Assembly (NCBI GenBank): GCA_002429485.1
Contig: DIZX01000015.1
Span: forward strand, 187,073-251,072
Direction: 5' to 3'
From: Patescibacteria group bacterium UBA6017
GTDB taxonomy: Bacteria > Patescibacteriota > Saccharimonadia > UBA4664
Length of the DNA stretch: 64,000 nucleotides
In this document: piece after piece, positions 39,896 to 48,044 of the stretch
Numbering within the stretch: the stretch's first letter is position 1
How the letters are laid out: the number at the start of each line of letters is the position of its first letter
Program-made: the position numbers and the translations under genes
The notes under the pieces: generated by a model
What the model saw: the letters and a program-made list of their open reading frames with translations, nothing else
Database searches by the model: none
Told to the model about the DNA's origin: nothing

Positions 39896-40129
39896 AAATC
39901 CATTCCGCTTATGTTTTGGAATGAAAATAAATATAACCAACTTAAGGTAGCATATTTCACCTGATTTGTTGAGGCTAAGAAATTTGCAACAGCTCAAGCG
40001 CCGGGGTCGAATTATACTCACAACAAATTCGGTTTAGCTCAAGCGCCGGTCACACTGCCCAACCGAAATCAATTAAGACAGCCTATAAGGGGAAAATAAA
40101 AACCCCACTTTCACGTGAGGTGTTTATTT

Positions 40130-40205
40130 TGGTGCGCCCGGGAGGACTTGAACCTCCGACCCCCGCCACCGCAAGGCGATGCTCTATCCACTGAGCTACG
40201 AGCGC
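40130..40205 (-). tRNA. tRNA-Arg(GCG)
   Basis: GCGCTCGTAGCTCAGTGGATAGAGCA-TCGCC-TTGCGGT-GGCGG...GGTTCAAGTCC...ACCA. Confidence 0.93.
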
Positions 40206-40257
40206 ATGATCTGTTAGTACCGTCAGACTTTAGCACAGCTCACGGTCAAAATAAAGG

Positions 40258-40872
40258 CTAAAAGCGCACGTACCGCGTAATCCGCTCGATAACGTCGAGC
40301 GGGCGGTCTTCCCGGGGCAGGTGCAATTCGAGGTGCCCCACAATTTCATCAAAATCTACTGTGTCGAATAAAATCACCCTGCGCGGGCTCAATCGCTTTG
40401 TCGGCTCCAGGTCAATCGAATGCCATTCCTCGTCCGGGATCACGCCAAATGACCGAAACTCAGCAAACGGATACAGACTGCCGTCAATATGCACCCCCTG
40501 GTCGCTGAGTTCATACTGCATTACTCGCGGAGGCTTGTGTGCATACACCGCCAAAGCACCCCCCATGGCAATGAAAACGACTACCTCAAGCCATAAATGC
40601 AGCCAAGCGGCCAATCCGGCCAATACCGCCACGATAAGCCCGAGAGCACCATACCAGGCTTTCGATTTATGATTATGAACGTACTCGGAAGCTTGCCAGC
40701 TAAACGCCACTTCAGGCTCGGATTCAGCCGAGCTATCATCATCGGCTTCAACCGAGCCTTCATCACCCGCATCTAAGTCCGGGGCTTGTTCGTCCAGCTC
40801 AGTTACCTGAGCTGCTTCTACTTCGCTGTCATCGACGGCTTCGACCGGTTGCTGACTGAGCTCATCGCCCAT
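40258..40872 (-). CDS. conserved CPR-type two-TM protein with an acidic N-terminus and a PH-like tail (DUF5673-like)
   Basis: WQASEYVHNHKSKAWY, two TMs, YELSDQGVHIDG.LYPF.EFRSF. Confidence 0.7.
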   Translation of the reverse strand: MGDELSQQPVEAVDDSEVEAAQVTELDEQAPDLDAGDEGSVEADDDSSAESEPEVAFSWQASEYVHNHKSKAWYGALGLIVAVLAGLAAWLHLWLEVVVFIAMGGALAVYAHKPPRVMQYELSDQGVHIDGSLYPFAEFRSFGVIPDEEWHSIDLEPTKRLSPRRVILFDTVDFDEIVGHLELHLPREDRPLDVIERITRYVRF

Positions 40873-40943
40873 AATGCTTATCCTCTTGCCAAACATTATG
40901 GCGCAAGCAGCGCCCAGTGTACAATATGCGTGTCAGCCTACCT

Positions 40944-41031
40944 GGAGGGGTCGCATAGCGGCCGAGTGCACCGGTCTTGAAAACCGGAGACCTTCACGGG
41001 TCCGTGGGTTCGAATCCCACCCCCTCCGCCA
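40944..41031 (+). tRNA. tRNA-Ser(TGA)
   Basis: CCGGT-CTTGAAA-ACCGG, long variable arm, GTTCGAATCCC, CCA. Confidence 0.96.
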
Positions 41032-41102
41032 AGTAGCTCGACCGCGGATTCGAACGTCGCCGGTTCGGTCGACGCCCGAAAGGGCAAGAGTGGCACAGCC
41101 AC

Positions 41103-41122
41103 AATCCCACCCCCTCCGCCAA
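41103..41122 (+). repeat. 20-bp direct repeat of the tRNA-Ser(TGA) 3' end
   Basis: AATCCCACCCCCTCCGCCAA at 41013-41032 and 41103-41122. Confidence 0.9.
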
Positions 41123-41151
41123 TTTATGCACTAAACATCGAGATCACCAGT

Positions 41152-41805
41152 ATGAGCCCAGAAAATCTATCAGAAGATCAGCAACCTGATTCAGAGGAAA
41201 TACAGCGGCACGCCGACCTCACGAATGATCTGCTCAACATTCGAGCCGAGGCCGCCCAAGAAGCCGACTATGACCCCCAGCCTATGCCGGAAGCTGGCCC
41301 CGAAGCAGGGCCGGAGAGAGATCAAATCTTCGAACAGGCCAGCGCCGAACGCGGCGGCTTTCTCCGAGACACCCTCACCTCCTCGCTAGTCAGCAACGGC
41401 CTCGACCTCGTTCCGTTCGTGGGCGGCGGCAAAATGCTCGTCGAATCAATCGCCGGCCAAACACTCAACGGAGAAGAGATGACCGGCAAAAACCGGATTA
41501 TTCACGCCGCCATGGGCGCCGGCAGCCTCGGGCTGGACCTCACTGGTATCGGCGAGGCCAGGGAGAGCGCGATGCTCGCGGGTAAAAGCGTAGGCCTAGT
41601 CGGTAAACTCGCAGCCAAACTAACCGAACGCGGAGCCGTCAAATCTGGCCGAATTTTCGAGATATCGGCCGCCTTTATGGCCGCTCACCCGGATCTGACC
41701 GCAGAAGCCGAACGTGCGGCGGAATCTCAGATCAAACATCAAATTAGCAACATCAAATCCTACCGCCTGCGTAACCAGCCGCTAGACAATGCCGAGGCAG
41801 CCTAG
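41152..41805 (+). CDS. hypothetical protein with a pre-toxin-TG-like segment
   Basis: LDLVPFVGGGKMLVESIAGQTLNGEEMTGKNR followed by a Gly/Ala-rich hydrophobic helix. Confidence 0.6.
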   Translation: MSPENLSEDQQPDSEEIQRHADLTNDLLNIRAEAAQEADYDPQPMPEAGPEAGPERDQIFEQASAERGGFLRDTLTSSLVSNGLDLVPFVGGGKMLVESIAGQTLNGEEMTGKNRIIHAAMGAGSLGLDLTGIGEARESAMLAGKSVGLVGKLAAKLTERGAVKSGRIFEISAAFMAAHPDLTAEAERAAESQIKHQISNIKSYRLRNQPLDNAEAA

Positions 41806-41985
41806 ATGACTAAACCCGAACTCGCCCAAATCATCAACCAGCTAGTCTCGCTCGGCGAAGACCAGGCTGAGCTCAATATTTGGCTGGAAATATTCGACTA
41901 CTTAGAGCCAGCGCAACAAACCGAGCTCGAATTAAACCTATCCCAAGAACTCGAGGCCCTCAAATCATCACCGCCAACCGCCTAA
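41806..41985 (+). CDS. small acidic helical protein (59 aa; not in the ORF track)
   Basis: ATG directly follows the upstream TAG; MTKPELAQIINQLVSLGEDQAELNIWLEIFDYLEPAQQTELELNLSQELEALKSSPPTA. Confidence 0.65.
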   Translation: MTKPELAQIINQLVSLGEDQAELNIWLEIFDYLEPAQQTELELNLSQELEALKSSPPTA

Positions 41986-42236
41986 AACTACCTCCGTTTA
42001 CCCTCCGCCTCAAGCTTGGCCTCGGCCTAATCTACCTTGCCGGCCTGGGCTGGGGCGCCGAATTCATCATCCCCTTCACGCACATCAGCCATAAATTCGT
42101 AATCTGGATAATCGTCCTCGTTGCGGCCGAGATCTGTTTTGTCGCCGGAGTCGCCATCCTCGGCAAGGCTCTCTACCGAGAACTCAAAACTCGCCTCAGC
42201 GCCATACTGATCTCTCGCCAACCCCCTCAAAACTAA
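41880..42236 (+). CDS. two-TM 'transporter suffix domain'-like protein; start uncertain
   Basis: KLGLGLI...IIPF...LVAAEICFVAGVAILGK.LY.ELK pattern; no good start codon near the domain, may be a remnant. Confidence 0.45.
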   Translation: MAGNIRLLRASATNRARIKPIPRTRGPQIITANRLKLPPFTLRLKLGLGLIYLAGLGWGAEFIIPFTHISHKFVIWIIVLVAAEICFVAGVAILGKALYRELKTRLSAILISRQPPQN

Positions 42237-42285
42237 CCGCCTCATAGAAAAACCCCGCGGCAATCATGCCTACGGGGCTTTTCTA

Positions 42286-42378
42286 TGGCGGAGAGGGAGA
42301 GATTCGAACTCTCGCGGGGGATTACTCCCCCCTACAGGTTTAGCAAACCCGCCCCTTCAGCCACTTGGGTACCTCTCC
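42286..42378 (-). tRNA. tRNA-Ser(GCT)
   Basis: CGGGT-TTGCTAA-ACCTG, long variable arm, CCA; terminator-like hairpin at about 42244-42286. Confidence 0.95.
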
Positions 42379-42488
42379 GTGCTAGCTGAACCTGGATACT
42401 ATACCGCGCAGAAAGCTTTCACTCAAGACCCGTACGACTTTTATGTATACTAAAATCTAAGCGCGAAAAGTTAAGCCGGAGAAAGAAA

Positions 42489-43115
42489 ATGGGCGAATAC
42501 GGACCATCCAATCAAGATCCAAACCCAAATCAAGCCATAAAGTTTATTGAGTCACTCGATGACACAGAAGATGGCAACGAAATGTCCCTGAAGCGTTGGC
42601 CGAGCATCGATACATTGCATGAAGCCGAAACCTTAGCCGATAGAATCAGCCGACAATTCTTCAGAATGGATTCCGTAATGGGAATCGCCCTCAATAAATT
42701 AAGGCAGTCGGGTAAAGTTAATTTCAAGCTCGTACAAGACTCCCTTAGCGGCCAAGATGACCCCAATGGCCTCGTCCATCCGCTAATCGAAGGCACCGAA
42801 ACCGAGCGTGAAGCGGCAGCCAAGAGTATTGAAGCATTCCTTGAGCAAAATGATGAAATAATTGAAGGCTTGACCCTTCAAGACGATGGCTTCGCCAAAG
42901 CCGAAGAGCTCGAATCCGACGAAAAACTACCCTATGGCTACTCTCAACGGCTACGCGCCAGCTCCATCAAGGCTGATATAAAGTATTTCGAGGACAGCAA
43001 TCAAGGCGACAAAGCCGCGGCGGCCAAAGCTCAAATTGACCAGCTTATCGCCGAAGGATTTAGTCCATTAACCAACGAAGAAATTGCCGAATTAATCGAC
43101 GTCACAGCGATTTAG
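42489..43115 (+). CDS. acidic helical hypothetical protein
   Basis: GGAGA SD, 208-aa ORF. Confidence 0.7.
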   Translation: MGEYGPSNQDPNPNQAIKFIESLDDTEDGNEMSLKRWPSIDTLHEAETLADRISRQFFRMDSVMGIALNKLRQSGKVNFKLVQDSLSGQDDPNGLVHPLIEGTETEREAAAKSIEAFLEQNDEIIEGLTLQDDGFAKAEELESDEKLPYGYSQRLRASSIKADIKYFEDSNQGDKAAAAKAQIDQLIAEGFSPLTNEEIAELIDVTAI

Positions 43116-43176
43116 GCCTCCAACTGACCCCCCCAAAAAAATACCTACCTCCCCGTATTCTCGGTATACTAACCTT

Positions 43177-44601
43177 ATGGATTCTGAACGATCAACACCT
43201 GGCTCAAGCCCAGACTCAACCTTCAACACCGAACTATCGGACAAACTACTGAGCGCGTCCCAGCTCGATGATGCCCTGGAGCTCGCGCAGCCCCTTGTTG
43301 GCACCGACTCGCGGGAGTCACCGGAAGTAATAGACCTGGTGACCCAGACCATTACCACTGCCTCAAACCCTCTCGAACTCTCCAGACTCTTCGTCCAGAC
43401 AGCAGGCAGTCTATCCGAGCACGACATCGAGCCGGGCTCCATGGACATGCCATCGTTTGCACGCCTAACTCGCCTCATCAAAGACACGGCAGGGGACGAG
43501 CACCAAACCGCGGAAATTGAACGCTTCTGCGCCAACTGGAAAATCAATCACGAGTACGCACAGGCCTACGAACGCTACGTTGCCCCCGTCGCCGAATCCG
43601 GACCAATAAGCTCAATAAAACCCCAGCTCGAGCCCCGTCTAGAGGATGTACCCTCACTGCAGGAGGCCCTATCCAGAGCCGGCTTGTCGCCCGATGTGGC
43701 CAAGGATATTTTCGCTACCTGGAACAGCTATCCAGCGCTGTCGGCCGACCCTAGCCGACTAGGTGATCCATCGAATTCAAGCGTAAGCCCGCAGGATGTC
43801 GAAGAGGCCACCCTCAAACAACGCGCCATGATCTCAAGCCAAGTCGAGGCCTTAATCGGGTACGCTGATGAATATGGCAAAGACGAACTCGCGAGCATTA
43901 TCACCACCTTCGGCATCCATAACTTCAGCCGCTACCGACCCGGGCAGCTCCATCAACAGCTCATGGACTGGAACGATCCATCTAAGTCATTCGAAAACGT
44001 AATCGTCTCCGCGGTCGCAGACTGGAATGGCACGCTCAGCCGAGCTGGTTCTCAACTCATGAGCCAAAAGAGCGACTCGTCGATCTACTTCGAAGCCGGA
44101 GGTCCCACATCGCTCGCCAAAGACCTTGTAGCCATCGGTGACCGAGATAGAGCCTATGGCCGCGATCCGCTCAAGGACAGCTCCGTGAAAAACGTTATTA
44201 TTTACGGTCACTCAAATAGCGACATCATCCAGCTCGGCGTGAACGGCGAAGGCATTACTGTTTCTGATTATGTTGAAGTTCCCGGCAACAAGACCGGCAT
44301 CAAGACCGGCATCAAAAGTCGTCTGAATGACTACCGACGCCATCTAGGCAACGATTTCCGCCTCATCCTCAAGTCATGCTCTACTACCGGCTCGCCATCC
44401 GGCGTACGCAACATCGCTGAGACCCTTAGCGATGAACACGGGGTCAAAGTCGCCGGCTCACCCCTGCCCACTACCGGCGAAATTATCATAAATCCAGACG
44501 GCGAAGTATTTTTTCAGGTCAATAAGCAGCCCGAAAACAGCAAATCAGAAGCTGAAATTATCCCTGCCGTAGTCTACGACGGTCGAAAATTAGCAGCCTA
44601 A
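43177..44601 (+). CDS. hypothetical protein with a C-terminal His/Cys clan-CD (caspase-hemoglobinase-fold)-like domain
   Basis: NVIIYGHSN...LILKSCSTTG...IAETLS...VKVAG; contains a 12-bp tandem duplication at 44289-44312. Confidence 0.6.
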   Translation: MDSERSTPGSSPDSTFNTELSDKLLSASQLDDALELAQPLVGTDSRESPEVIDLVTQTITTASNPLELSRLFVQTAGSLSEHDIEPGSMDMPSFARLTRLIKDTAGDEHQTAEIERFCANWKINHEYAQAYERYVAPVAESGPISSIKPQLEPRLEDVPSLQEALSRAGLSPDVAKDIFATWNSYPALSADPSRLGDPSNSSVSPQDVEEATLKQRAMISSQVEALIGYADEYGKDELASIITTFGIHNFSRYRPGQLHQQLMDWNDPSKSFENVIVSAVADWNGTLSRAGSQLMSQKSDSSIYFEAGGPTSLAKDLVAIGDRDRAYGRDPLKDSSVKNVIIYGHSNSDIIQLGVNGEGITVSDYVEVPGNKTGIKTGIKSRLNDYRRHLGNDFRLILKSCSTTGSPSGVRNIAETLSDEHGVKVAGSPLPTTGEIIINPDGEVFFQVNKQPENSKSEAEIIPAVVYDGRKLAA

Positions 44602-44605
44602 CCTA

Positions 44606-45268
44606 CTAGTGCCGCGCTACTGCCACCGCCCACACTGATCCGGCTCCGGCAGAGCGCAGCGCATCAGCACAGGCCGACAATGTAGCGCCAGTAGTTACCA
44701 CGTCGTCCACCAGAAGCACTTTCTGGCCCTCTAAGGCGCGAATCGCATAAAAAGCTCCACTTGCCTGCTCTAGACGGTTGCGCCTGTCTAAACCGATCTG
44801 ATGAGTCGCAGTGAGCCTCCCGAGCAGAGGTTGGTAGGGGAGGCCGGCTCGCAGCGCCACCGCCTTGGCCAGTAACTCCGATTGATTGTATCCGCGCTCG
44901 CGGTGTCTCGAGGCAGCCACCGGCACACTCGTCACCAGTTGGACCTCCGGCCAGTCCTGAGCAGTCCGTAGCAGAAGCTTCGCAGCCGTTTCGGTAGCCG
45001 CCCGCAAACGATGGAATTTTAGCCTCAAAATCAGCTCCTTCACGACACCGTCATAGCGAGCCGCCACACTGACCCCCGCCAGAACAGTGCCTCGCAGACA
45101 CACCTCACAGGTACGTCCCCGCAAATTAGTCCGGCCGCAGGCATAACAAGATGTCCGGTCCGGCAGGCTCAAGGCGTCCAGGCACGTTGTACAAATTACA
45201 TCACCTTCGAATCCGCATCCCAAGCAATTAATGGGCGCAAAAATCTCCAAAATTCGGCTAAAAATCAC
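44606..45268 (-). CDS. comF: ComF-family competence protein (double zinc ribbon plus PRTase)
   Basis: four CxxC motifs, RGYNQS, LVDDVVTTGAT. Confidence 0.9.
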   Translation of the reverse strand: MIFSRILEIFAPINCLGCGFEGDVICTTCLDALSLPDRTSCYACGRTNLRGRTCEVCLRGTVLAGVSVAARYDGVVKELILRLKFHRLRAATETAAKLLLRTAQDWPEVQLVTSVPVAASRHRERGYNQSELLAKAVALRAGLPYQPLLGRLTATHQIGLDRRNRLEQASGAFYAIRALEGQKVLLVDDVVTTGATLSACADALRSAGAGSVWAVAVARH

Positions 45269-45384
45269 CCGCTTGCTTGCCTTTCAACTCAACGTTTGGC
45301 TATAATAGGGAAAACTTACCTGCATCGCAAATTACAAAGCAGGCCTGTAAAATCATGAAGTCATTAACGCGGAGGCTCACCTGC

Positions 45385-45822
45385 ATGCCGGGCAAGAAAA
45401 ACGCTCCCCTCAACGATCAAGAAAACGTATTACAAGATGACTTCCTAGACACCTCCGTCGAGGGTGAGGAAGACTGGATGGCCGAGGCCGAAGGGCAGCT
45501 AGCCGTCGACGTCTATCAGACCAAAGAAAACGTCGTCATCAAGGCTCCCATCGCCGGAGTTACGCCGGACAAGATTGATATCGAAGTCGCCGAAGACGTC
45601 GTTACCATCCGCGGCGAGCGTATCGAAGAAAAAGAAGTCGATCGCGAGCACTACTACGTGCAGGAATGCTACTGGGGTTCATTCTCCCGCTCAGTCATTC
45701 TGCCGACCTCGACTATCGCCGAGAAGGCTGCCGCCTCCCTCAAGGACGGCGTACTTACCGTTACCATACCCAAGGTAGCTCAGGACAAGGTAAAGAAGAT
45801 CAAGGTCAAGCCGGTAGTCTAA
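45385..45822 (+). CDS. Hsp20/alpha-crystallin small heat-shock protein
   Basis: VDVYQT, TIRGER, ECYWGSFSRS..LP, A.LKDGVL.V.IPK; GGAGG SD. Confidence 0.92.
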   Translation: MPGKKNAPLNDQENVLQDDFLDTSVEGEEDWMAEAEGQLAVDVYQTKENVVIKAPIAGVTPDKIDIEVAEDVVTIRGERIEEKEVDREHYYVQECYWGSFSRSVILPTSTIAEKAAASLKDGVLTVTIPKVAQDKVKKIKVKPVV

Positions 45823-45897
45823 GCCAGCCCCCTTTAGATCCCGAGAAACACCGCCTCACCGGCGGTGTTTCTATTTGAGGACGGCAATCCGGACAAT

Positions 45898-45925
45898 AAA
45901 AAAGGACCCTTGCGGGTCCTTTTTT
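45898..45925. terminator. bidirectional terminator between hsp20 and the pilin cluster
   Basis: AAAAAAGGACCC-TTGC-GGGTCCTTTTTT. Confidence 0.9.
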
Positions 45926-45938
45926 GGTCGGAGGGTGA

Positions 45939-46388
45939 TTAGTTGGCTTTGGATAAAGCATTAATCACGAACTGGACGAGGGCGAAGGATATCACCGCCA
46001 CCACTATACCGACAATGGCATAAAGGATTGTGTCTTTGGCGGCCGTAACGTTCTTGGAGTCACCGTTCGAGACCACGTAGCGCAAGCCGCCGATGATCAA
46101 GTAGATCACCGAGATAGCACCGACGAGGAAGATCAAGGTGTTGGCAATCACGGTGAAAATACCGCCCTGTCCGAACAAGTTATCCTTCTGGCTGCCACCC
46201 TGAGAGCATGAAGCGCCAGCGGTCAGCGGATCAGTAGCGTTGCCACTCGCGTCACAGTTTGATGCAGCTCCGAAGGCCGGGGAGGCCGAAATCATCACAC
46301 CCGCAACGGATGCGGATCCTACTCCCAGCACCAGGACGAGCGCCTGGAGCGAGAGCGCAACTTTCTTTAATAATCTCTCTATACCCAT
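45939..46388 (-). CDS. VirB2/TrbC-like T4SS pilin 1
   Basis: signal peptide, Cys pair, two TMs around IIGGLRYVVSNGDSKNVTAAKDTILYAIVG; AAGGAG SD. Confidence 0.85.
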   Translation of the reverse strand: MGIERLLKKVALSLQALVLVLGVGSASVAGVMISASPAFGAASNCDASGNATDPLTAGASCSQGGSQKDNLFGQGGIFTVIANTLIFLVGAISVIYLIIGGLRYVVSNGDSKNVTAAKDTILYAIVGIVVAVISFALVQFVINALSKAN

Positions 46389-46456
46389 TAGAATCTAATC
46401 TCCTTAATAAAATTCAATTTGATGTGACATTAGCATAAGCGTTAACGACTAGCAAT

Positions 46457-46780
46457 CTACTTTCCTATAGTAGTCGTCACGAACTGCACTATCGCATACG
46501 CTACGATTGCTACGATTACACCTATGATAGCGTACATGATGGTGTCCTTGGCGGCCGTCACGTTCTTCGAATCACCGTTGGAGGTCACGTAACGCAACCC
46601 GCCGAGAATAATCATAATGACAGATAGGGCACCGATAAGTATCGTCAAAAAGTTGGCGACATTTGCAAAGATATGAGCCAAGCTCACATTGTTGCAATTA
46701 GCCCCACTCGCACAAGCCTGATTTGCTCCGGCCGTAATATTACTCGCTGCTGTTCCCAGTAAAACAACCAAACTACTCAT
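46457..46780 (-). CDS. VirB2/TrbC-like T4SS pilin 2
   Basis: ILGGLRYVTSNGDSKNVTAAKDTIMYAIIG. Confidence 0.85.
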   Translation of the reverse strand: MSSLVVLLGTAASNITAGANQACASGANCNNVSLAHIFANVANFLTILIGALSVIMIILGGLRYVTSNGDSKNVTAAKDTIMYAIIGVIVAIVAYAIVQFVTTTIGK

Positions 46781-46800
46781 TTACATTCTCCTAAATTATG

Positions 46801-47106
46801 CTATTTCCCGAGCGCCGCAGCGATTCCGTCCACGATCGCGTAAGCCATGATCGCCAGTATCACCCCAGCAATTGCATATTGGAGCGAATCCCGCCCCTGC
46901 TGATACCGCTTGGCATCACCAGCCGATAAAGTGATTTGCAGCCCTCCTACAATCACGAATATTACCGCCAGCATGCCAATTATTATTATAAGCGTATGCG
47001 CAATACTTGCGAACCCCGTACTCAAATTTGTAGCGGAACTCGGGCAATTGTTGATCGTTTTGCACGAAATACCGTATAGCACCGCGACCAACCAACCGCC
47101 CATCAT
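46801..47106 (-). CDS. VirB2/TrbC-like T4SS pilin 3
   Basis: IVGGLQITLSAGDAKRYQQGRDSLQYAIAG. Confidence 0.8.
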   Translation of the reverse strand: MMGGWLVAVLYGISCKTINNCPSSATNLSTGFASIAHTLIIIIGMLAVIFVIVGGLQITLSAGDAKRYQQGRDSLQYAIAGVILAIMAYAIVDGIAAALGK

Positions 47107-47451
47107 CTAAAAGTTCCCCGAAATAAACGTAACTGCGGCATACGACATAATAATTAATATTAGGCCCGTTACCGTATTGATGAGGATTTCTTTCGCCCGT
47201 TTCACCCTGGACGGATCTCCTGTCGAGGTAATGTAGTAAATTGCCGCCACTAATATTGCAATGATCGCCAGCGAACCGGATATCGCAATCAAAATTCGCA
47301 TTATGTTCCCGATAATCTTTGCAACCTCTGTCAGTGAGGAAATCTGAATTTCATTCTTCGAATTACACAGGCCGTCGTAAAGACTCGGAAGCACCCCGTG
47401 CGTGGTACCGCAGTCCGCGGCGGCCATATGAAATAGCTGCAAAAAGATCAT
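47107..47451 (-). CDS. VirB2/TrbC-like T4SS pilin 4
   Basis: YYITSTGDPSRVKRAKEILINTVTG. Confidence 0.8.
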   Translation of the reverse strand: MIFLQLFHMAAADCGTTHGVLPSLYDGLCNSKNEIQISSLTEVAKIIGNIMRILIAISGSLAIIAILVAAIYYITSTGDPSRVKRAKEILINTVTGLILIIMSYAAVTFISGNF

Positions 47452-47928
47452 CTACAGCAACCCTCCGGGTACCAGGAAGTTCAAGATCGCCACCATCATC
47501 AAGTAGAGTACCAGCGCGGTAACGGCGTTCATTATTCGTCCCTTAGCGTTCTTCACGTTCGACGGATCGCCGCCCGAAACAATGTACTGAACACCCGCGA
47601 TCACCAGGACCAATATAATTATCCCGCCAATCAGGCTGTTTACCAGAAAAAGTATCTGCTTAAGGTAAAAAATGATTGCTCCGCCGGTCTTGGGATCGTT
47701 CGGAACCTCCACCTGACCCGACTTGCATGATCCCTGAGATCCACCGGCTGCGATCGGCAGCGCTAAACAGACCGGACCGCCGCCCCCGGTAATATCGGCC
47801 GGCGCCTTTGCTGCGGCGCCCACTTCAGCTGGCACCACATACGCTTGGCTACCCAAAACAACAACGTCCAGTGGCGCCGATACAACAGCCGCAAACGCAA
47901 CAAACAGGAATAAACTTAAGCGCTTCAT
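47452..47928 (-). CDS. VirB2/TrbC-like T4SS pilin 5
   Basis: AGVQYIVSGGDPSNVKNAKGRIMNAV...LNFLVPGG. Confidence 0.8.
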   Translation of the reverse strand: MKRLSLFLFVAFAAVVSAPLDVVVLGSQAYVVPAEVGAAAKAPADITGGGGPVCLALPIAAGGSQGSCKSGQVEVPNDPKTGGAIIFYLKQILFLVNSLIGGIIILVLVIAGVQYIVSGGDPSNVKNAKGRIMNAVTALVLYLMMVAILNFLVPGGLL

Positions 47929-48044
47929 TAGGTGTATTGTACCGACCCGCCCACCTAAAAGTCAAAAACTCTAATGCTTTGAACGCGGAGGTTATTTAAG
48001 ATTTGACTTCATTTATATAGCATAAGCGTTGTACAATATGACAC

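Noticed and set aside
39991-40049. Possible mini-CRISPR
   Set aside because: Only two 14-bp copies, too short, and no cas genes in the window.
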